Shown here piece after piece: positions 58,209-64,000 of a stretch of 64,000 nt of DNA. The translations under genes and the position numbers were made by a program. Below the pieces are notes generated by a model. It saw only the letters and a list, made by a program, of their open reading frames with translations. It was not told the DNA's origin and did no database searches. The first letter of the stretch is position 1. The number at the start of each line of letters is the position of its first letter. Source of the stretch: Phoronis australis (Eukaryota > Animalia > Phoronida); NCBI GenBank assembly GCA_002633005.1, contig NMRA01000061.1:931400-995399 (forward strand). The letters run 5' to 3'.

Positions 58209-58399
58209 TTAAATAGGTCCAATCACACCACCAAAAATTCTCAACTGTATCAGACGGCCCATTTCCGTTACCTTGTTGGCCAAACGCGGCAATTGCCTGG
58301 CTACTGCAACTGTAACCCTTGCTGAAAGCATAGTTTTCTTTCCAGATCACTTCTCTGAGCGAAGATGGCCGCCAAGGGGAAGAATACTTGAGATTGCAC
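58209..58399 (-). repeat. Second copy of ATP5F1A exon 1 region (coding 58331-58272); duplicate of about 57861-58051
   Basis: An identical block of about 190 bp lies on both sides of the single N at 58052. Confidence 0.9.
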
Positions 58400-58717
58400 G
58401 GGTCAACCCAGATATAATCTCAAATAATATACCATATTTATTATTCTCACTTAAAAATTTAATTCCCATCAATTTAGGCATACAAGTGAATGTGAACATG
58501 CATTTTTAGTTTCATTTATTCAATTTATGATGTTATGTTCGCAAGTGCTTTATACAAAATTAATCTACCCAATGGACAGCCTCGAAGCAACATTCGTTAA
58601 TTACCGGCAAATTCCGACGACAGTTTATGATAGTCACGAGACAGTGAGGTCGGCTCTATTATATGTCGAGGAACGTTCTACGTCTACGACACGGATTCTA
58701 GCTGCTTTTGAGAGAAA
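58332..58717. promoter_or_regulatory. Bidirectional promoter ATP5F1A (-) / TSPAN3-like (+)
   Basis: Divergent ATGs at 58331 and 58718, with a YY1-like AAGATGGCCGCC about 30-40 bp upstream of the ATP5F1A ATG. Confidence 0.65.
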
Positions 58718-61700
58718 ATGGGTGCTTGCAGCAAAACGTCGAAGTTTTTTCTTTTTTTATTGAATTTAATAATTTGGGTAAGAAACGAGTTATCAAAGCG
58801 TTTTTATAGTAAGTAGCTTATAACTAGACACTAGGCCACTACAGTAGGCCTAGTCTTGGGCTCGGTCTGACATCAGGATATTTAGTGTCCTACTTTCGAG
58901 CCGTTTTGGTTTCGAGTACGGCCTAACTTCGCAGATATGTTATCCAATATAAGAAGAAATAAGTAATGTTATCTCATAACAATCAAAATTTGTACTTCGT
59001 TCCACCAATTTTGATAGTTTTTGAGCAGTTGGTTTTGGTATCTGAATTACCAAAATTCTAAGAAGGATTTTTGTGAAGTTTCTACCTGACCTAGTGACCT
59101 AGAGTTTGAGAAATAAATAAAATTGTAATCAAAACAAATACATTATGTGGTAAATTTTAGATGTGTTTGCAATTTTTTTAAGCTTGAAGAGGTTTCACCA
59201 AGAATTTTGATGTAGTAGGCAAACCAATGTTTAATTGCTTACACGTTTTAGTTGGTGATGACACTCCGACTATTGTATGGCAAGGAAAACGCAAAATGTC
59301 TTCTTATTATGAGAATATTACAAGAAATTTCAAAAAAGATGAATTAAAGCCACAACAGTCCAAGTATTTACTGCAGGCTGATGCCATTCATTTATTAACT
59401 AACCATCTAGGAAGAATAATTATTCATAAAACGTTTTATTGGAACTTGTGAATGAGACATACTGCTGAAGTTTATGCTGTTGTCGTGGTGACCATATGTC
59501 ATAGACCACATGCTTCCGGCATTGCAAATCCAAATTCTATTTGGCGATCTGGTAAAACTTGAGTTCCATCATTGCACAGTCAATCCATATTTTCCCATCC
59601 GGGTGCCAAACAAAAGCTCACTGGGCCGTACTACGGTAGTATATGCTTCTTGCACTTTGGCGTAGTTCCAGCTGTCTCGCTTTTTCAATCCAGGTGCCTT
59701 CCTGTTTTTTTTTCATTTTTATGCGCCCATATATTTATATGTGGTCGCATATTGCCGTCATCTCTGTGTGGGCGTCCGGCATCCGCAGCTGTGTCCCCTA
59801 AGCCCCTCACAGGATCTTGATGAGATTTGGCAGGTGTGTTCCTATGAAGCTGACGACAGATGACCACGAATTTCGGACCTCGCCAACTACCGGTGTGCCC
59901 CCTAGTGGCAATTTTATATTTTTTACGCTTGCCTCTGGATTTTCGGAAGTCCTCAACATATTTTCACAATAATAATAATAATAATTATAATAATAATAAC
60001 TTTATTTATAGAGGATAAAAAACATGTTAAGTATAAAACTTATCTACCACATGGTCCTCGAAATTACAATAAATAGATAAATGAAATAAATAAGATGAAC
60101 AATGATATGTATATGAATGAAAAATGAAATAAATAAGTAAGTTATTTGATATATACAATTTTTGACATGCATGCAGATATACAGTTAATTAGATAATGAA
60201 TAAGTTGTAAAGTTACTTATAAAATATGGAATATAGGCATCTATTAGTGAGTTGATGCTATCCTCTCATTTTCTGATGGATTCTATGCAGTTTGCACCAC
60301 CTGGTGGCCATTTTTACTGTTTTTGAGTCCATTTTTTGGCATGCGTCCTGATATCAACCTAACCGCTCTAGGGATGATTGTGAAAATTGGCATGTATCTT
60401 CTTACTATGGAAAAGGTGGCTGACGATGATTGTTCGACTTCAACTTCTGTGGCACCCCCTATTGGCAGTTTTGTTTTTTTTGTGCCCATGGCTGTAGCTC
60501 CTAAACCGTTTGCATGATCGTTACTTAGTTTAAGTAGTGTATTTATAATGTAACGTACGATGACCACTTGCTCACAGATCGAACTATCAGTGCGCCCCCT
60601 ACTGGCAATTTTAGTTTTTTACGTTAACATTTGTATCTTCCAAGGTCCTCAACAATTTTTCATAAAATTTGGAATACGTGCATTTATGGTGAGATGACGC
60701 TATCCTGTTTTCAGATGGATTCGAGGTATTTATATGAAGGTAACAATAGACGACGACTTTGAGCTGGCGCTGTGCCCCCTAGTTGAAATATCATTTTTTT
60801 CTGTTTTCCTTTGTTTCTCTGGAAATTCGGTAAATAGCTTTCTACTAAATTAGCAATGGCATGTTCAGTTTTCAGATGGATTGGATGTTTTGGGCTATCT
60901 ATTGGTCATTTTATGATACAAATGAACAACTCTACAAACACACCGTTTGCAATGCATTCGTGGGCGCATTTCAACGCTCCACATTGCACTTGTTTTTAAT
61001 GTTGGCAATTATGCATCGCTTCTAAAGATCCGGACTTTCACGCCATGCGAGCATTTCTTGTTTCGGCTAGCTCATTCTACAGTTGGCAGCTTGAACATTT
61101 TGCCAGCATCAAGCTCTGCTTTAGTATACTTTATACTTAACCAATCAAAAAGTATATTGATTGAGCAGCTATAGGGTTACTTTTTCTATACCTAAACTAT
61201 CCACAGGCAATGTATGGCTTAGAGCTATGACTATGACTGTGTGAGCATGAGCAACACGTAAACGTTACCATGGCAACACAGTGAGTGATGCTGATTGAGT
61301 TGTCCATGATGGGGTGGACGTGTTGTGTATTACATCAAGAGATTCTCATCTGCAATGTTGGGAAATGTAAACCTGCATTTTGTCTGTTCAAATTATCTGT
61401 AAGAGATGAGAACCAGTTACAGTATTGCTGTTACTCAGTGGAAGAAATTCATTCTGTACGAGATTTCCTGATAATTTTCCCAGGTGAAGTGCGGGATTAC
61501 TGTCTAAATGCGAGCTGACAAGTTTCCCAGGTAAACAAAAGGAACCGAGGTCACCAAACCCTGTTGGCAACTGACCAATGTTTTTCTCTGGCCCACCTCT
61601 TATCCAAGAGAGAACCAGACGATCGGAATACATATTTGCCCAAAAATACTGACTATACCATCTGTTCAATTGCTGTAGTTTTTAAAAGCGTTCTCATATT

Positions 61701-62818
61701 TGTGTGATGACTGGGGATTTTTTGCCAAGTTGTCAAACAAAGTCTGAGGTCACATTGGCAAGCTGCGATTCATCAGATCTAGCCATGATCAGTGCCATCT
61801 GGTGGTGGATCCTAGCAGTAACTGTTAGCCAAAATAATATGTTTTCATTGAAGCACTGAGACATTCACTTTACTTAAGGTTCCATTAGTAGCTTTCGAAA
61901 CTTAATGAATGGAATTACGAAGACCCATCTGTTCTTTACAGGCAGCTGCAGCTGCTCTACTCTATGTTGGCATCGACTTGATCAACAACTTCAGCCATTA
62001 TGATGACATCACCAGTGCCGTCTACGCCATTGTTCCATCAGTCATTGTCATTGGTACCGCCACCCTGTTGTTGATTGTGGGACTCATTGGCTGCATCGGA
62101 ACATGCAAGGAACACAAGTGTCTCCTGGGGACGGTAAGAGTCTGTAGTTTTGTCTCTCTAGGCCTATCAACCTGTTCTTATTAGTCGTATGGCTTGTCGG
62201 GGGTGGTTTTTGGCCTGGCAACCATTTTCCCAACAGTGTAGTTGGTGGATGAGGTGATACATGGTTGGTTCTGTTTTGCAAACAAAAACGTCATTTTGGG
62301 AGTAATATCGATTGGGACAGAATTTTTTTGTAGACCATAGCTAAAGAACAACACATTTCTTCACGTTTCTTATGATTTTATTACAAATTGTCAATTATTG
62401 CCATTGTCTGCCAGACCATCTGTTGATATCAGGTTTGCATGGCATGTTTTGTGCCATTGTTAATATCTTTTTTCATTTCCATTTTTACAAAAAGGCATGG
62501 TAGGGCAACCTAATCACCTAATCAAAGTTGTAAGCACTTTTGCTAAATTTAAATACATGCTGTTTTTGGACATATTTAGATAGTAGCTCAGATGTGTTGA
62601 TAAGAGACCTGGTAGTTGTAGCCTTATTGAAAATGTTAGATCTAAATATCAAAAAGTTTGTTCCAAATTTTGCACAGTCCTTTCTCAAGAGGAACTGCAA
62701 ACTGAAACATTTGTAACGTACGTTGATGTTCTCTCTTTTGCAGTTCTTCGTAATGCTGCTTATTATCTTCGTGGCGGAGGTTTCAGCTGCGGCAGTAGGC
62801 TATTTATATCGCTATGAT
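58718..62818 (+). CDS. TSPAN3: Tetraspanin, TSPAN3-like (partial; exons 58718-58777, 61942-62133, 62744-62818; continues beyond window)
   Basis: MGACSKTSKFFLFLLNLIIW|AAAALLYVGID...IVPSVIVIGTATLLLIVGLIGCIGTCKEHKCLLGT|FFVMLLIIFVAEVSAAAVGYLYRYD shows tetraspanin TM1-3 with N, GxxGC and E residues. The closest family I recall is TSPAN3; orthology is not tested. Confidence 0.85.
59716..60995 (+). mobile_element. Non-autonomous Helentron-associated (HINE/DINE-1-like) element with internal degenerate tandem units, TSPAN3 intron 1
   Basis: T-rich 5' flank, subterminal IR ATGCGCCCA (59721) / TGGGCGCAT (60961), a nearby partial IR (tggtcgcat), a cgtcc-type segment, repeated GCCCCCTAGTGGC units, and a 3' short hairpin followed by CTTGTTT. 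A related fragment lies on the minus strand at about 29230-29460. Confidence 0.65.
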
Positions 62819-62956
62819 GTAAGTGAACTGCTCTATCTTGTTTGTTTCGATAAACTTGTGTTTTGTGCAGTTTAATTCGAAGTCATTTTCCCAGTTTTAA
62901 ACCAGCTCCATGCTTTAACCAAGGTTGTTGTGAAACCCTTAGTTTTGTTTTTTTAA

Positions 62957-63438
62957 GACCCTTTCATACTAACGTCGACGTTTTGGAAAGTTGCGGTACA
63001 AACGGATAACTTCAGTTCTATATCAAAGTTAACAGTGCCAGTTAACTTCGCAGTAAATTGGTGGATTTAACAGCAGAGTGTCGACGCTCAACGGTCAACT
63101 TGAAGTTATCGCCAGGGGTCACTGTCATAGTCAGCAATTAAAGACCACTGTCGTGGCTTATAGTTGCTTATGTTTTGCTTGAATAATCACCCATCGAAAT
63201 AGAAATAACTTTTGTGTCAATTAGCTTGTGTTATCATTCCCAAATTGTCACATTAAAAAAATCGTAGCGTCCATACCATGCACCATCGCTACCGTGCGAA
63301 TACTTCTATGACATCAGCGTCACCTACTGTTTACTTCGATGTCCATTAACTACCGAAGCCAGTATGTACGGTTCAGTTCACTTCGCAGTTTACGTCGATG
63401 CTCCACTTACACCAGAGTTAAATGAATATGAAATGGCC
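62957..63438. mobile_element. Possible PIF/Harbinger-type MITE
   Basis: Imperfect TIR GACCCTTTCATACT / AATATGAAATGGCC, internal repeated (tt)aacttcg and gtcgac motifs; TSD not clean. Confidence 0.4.
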
Positions 63439-64000
63439 TGTAAACAGCGAGTTAGCTTTCCTATTTACGTTCCGCACAACACCATGGAAAAATGGGGTTA
63501 CTGTTTGGTTGAACCGTAGGAGTCACTTTTACTTACTTTGATTTAGAGCTGTTTGAAGTTTGCAATTTCAGCTTGACCTAATTAGTTCTGTGTGAGACTT
63601 GAATAATATTGCCTTGCTCATTGAAACAAGCATTTATGATTACTCCTGTGGTTCTACTTAAAATACTCAAATTTTCTGAATGTAGAGGTGCCACAAAACT
63701 GAATTATATTAATAAGGTATGTCCACGTAAACTTTTCTACAGTCTCTATATGTGAACTAGAGACTGTTAAACTCCGATTAGCTTTTGTCACGCCTCTCAT
63801 GTCAGTCAACACTTCTGAAACATGAAAGAGCCTTTTCATTGTCCAGGATGTATGTTAGGTGTCGTCTGACACCTTTGATATTGTTAAACTACCGTATCAC
63901 TAAGCCATGCCCCTTACTAAAGTCTTACAGATTCGAGTTGAGCTTTCCTTCAGATTAACCATGTATCTTTCACACCATCTGGTGTTTAAGGCATGGAAAT

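Noticed and set aside
59968-60060. (AAT)n tract with similarity to about 55003-55090
   Set aside because: Probably short 3' tails of a LINE/SINE; too short and AT-rich to classify.
63931-64000. Possible tetraspanin exon 4 after ttacag
   Set aside because: The translation does not resemble a tetraspanin large extracellular loop, and the window ends before a donor.

Overview
This is eukaryotic (animal) nuclear DNA, not prokaryotic: AT-rich, with GT-AG spliceosomal introns, many small transposons, and traces of a heterozygous draft assembly (single N at 14461, 25134 and 58052; N-run at 33190-33481). It looks like a bilaterian marine invertebrate; the species cannot be fixed from sequence. Six spliced genes were rebuilt by hand: a signal-peptide + YWTD beta-propeller (LRP-like) gene (-, 3' part apparently degenerate), RSL24D1 (+, complete), HAUS6 (-, long, spans a gap and a haplotype duplication), SDHAF4 (+, complete), ATP5F1A (-, complete) and a TSPAN3-like tetraspanin (+, runs off the window). 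HAUS6/SDHAF4 and ATP5F1A/TSPAN3 are head-to-head pairs. Most short six-frame ORFs are noise. The most notable observations are: (i) a 96-bp x3 tandem duplication of the ATP5F1A 3' splice site at the Walker A exon, giving two upstream decoy acceptors that lead to a premature stop; (ii) a complete TAG...CTA, 9-bp-TSD AcademH-like element whose copies sit in first introns of housekeeping genes; (iii) MITE families with unusual 5-bp and 6-bp TSDs; (iv) a Helentron/HINE-like element carrying an array of CTCF-like motifs; (v) an unexplained structured island in HAUS6 intron 1; (vi) a perfect 73-bp palindrome. I cannot support a claim of a wholly new biological system.
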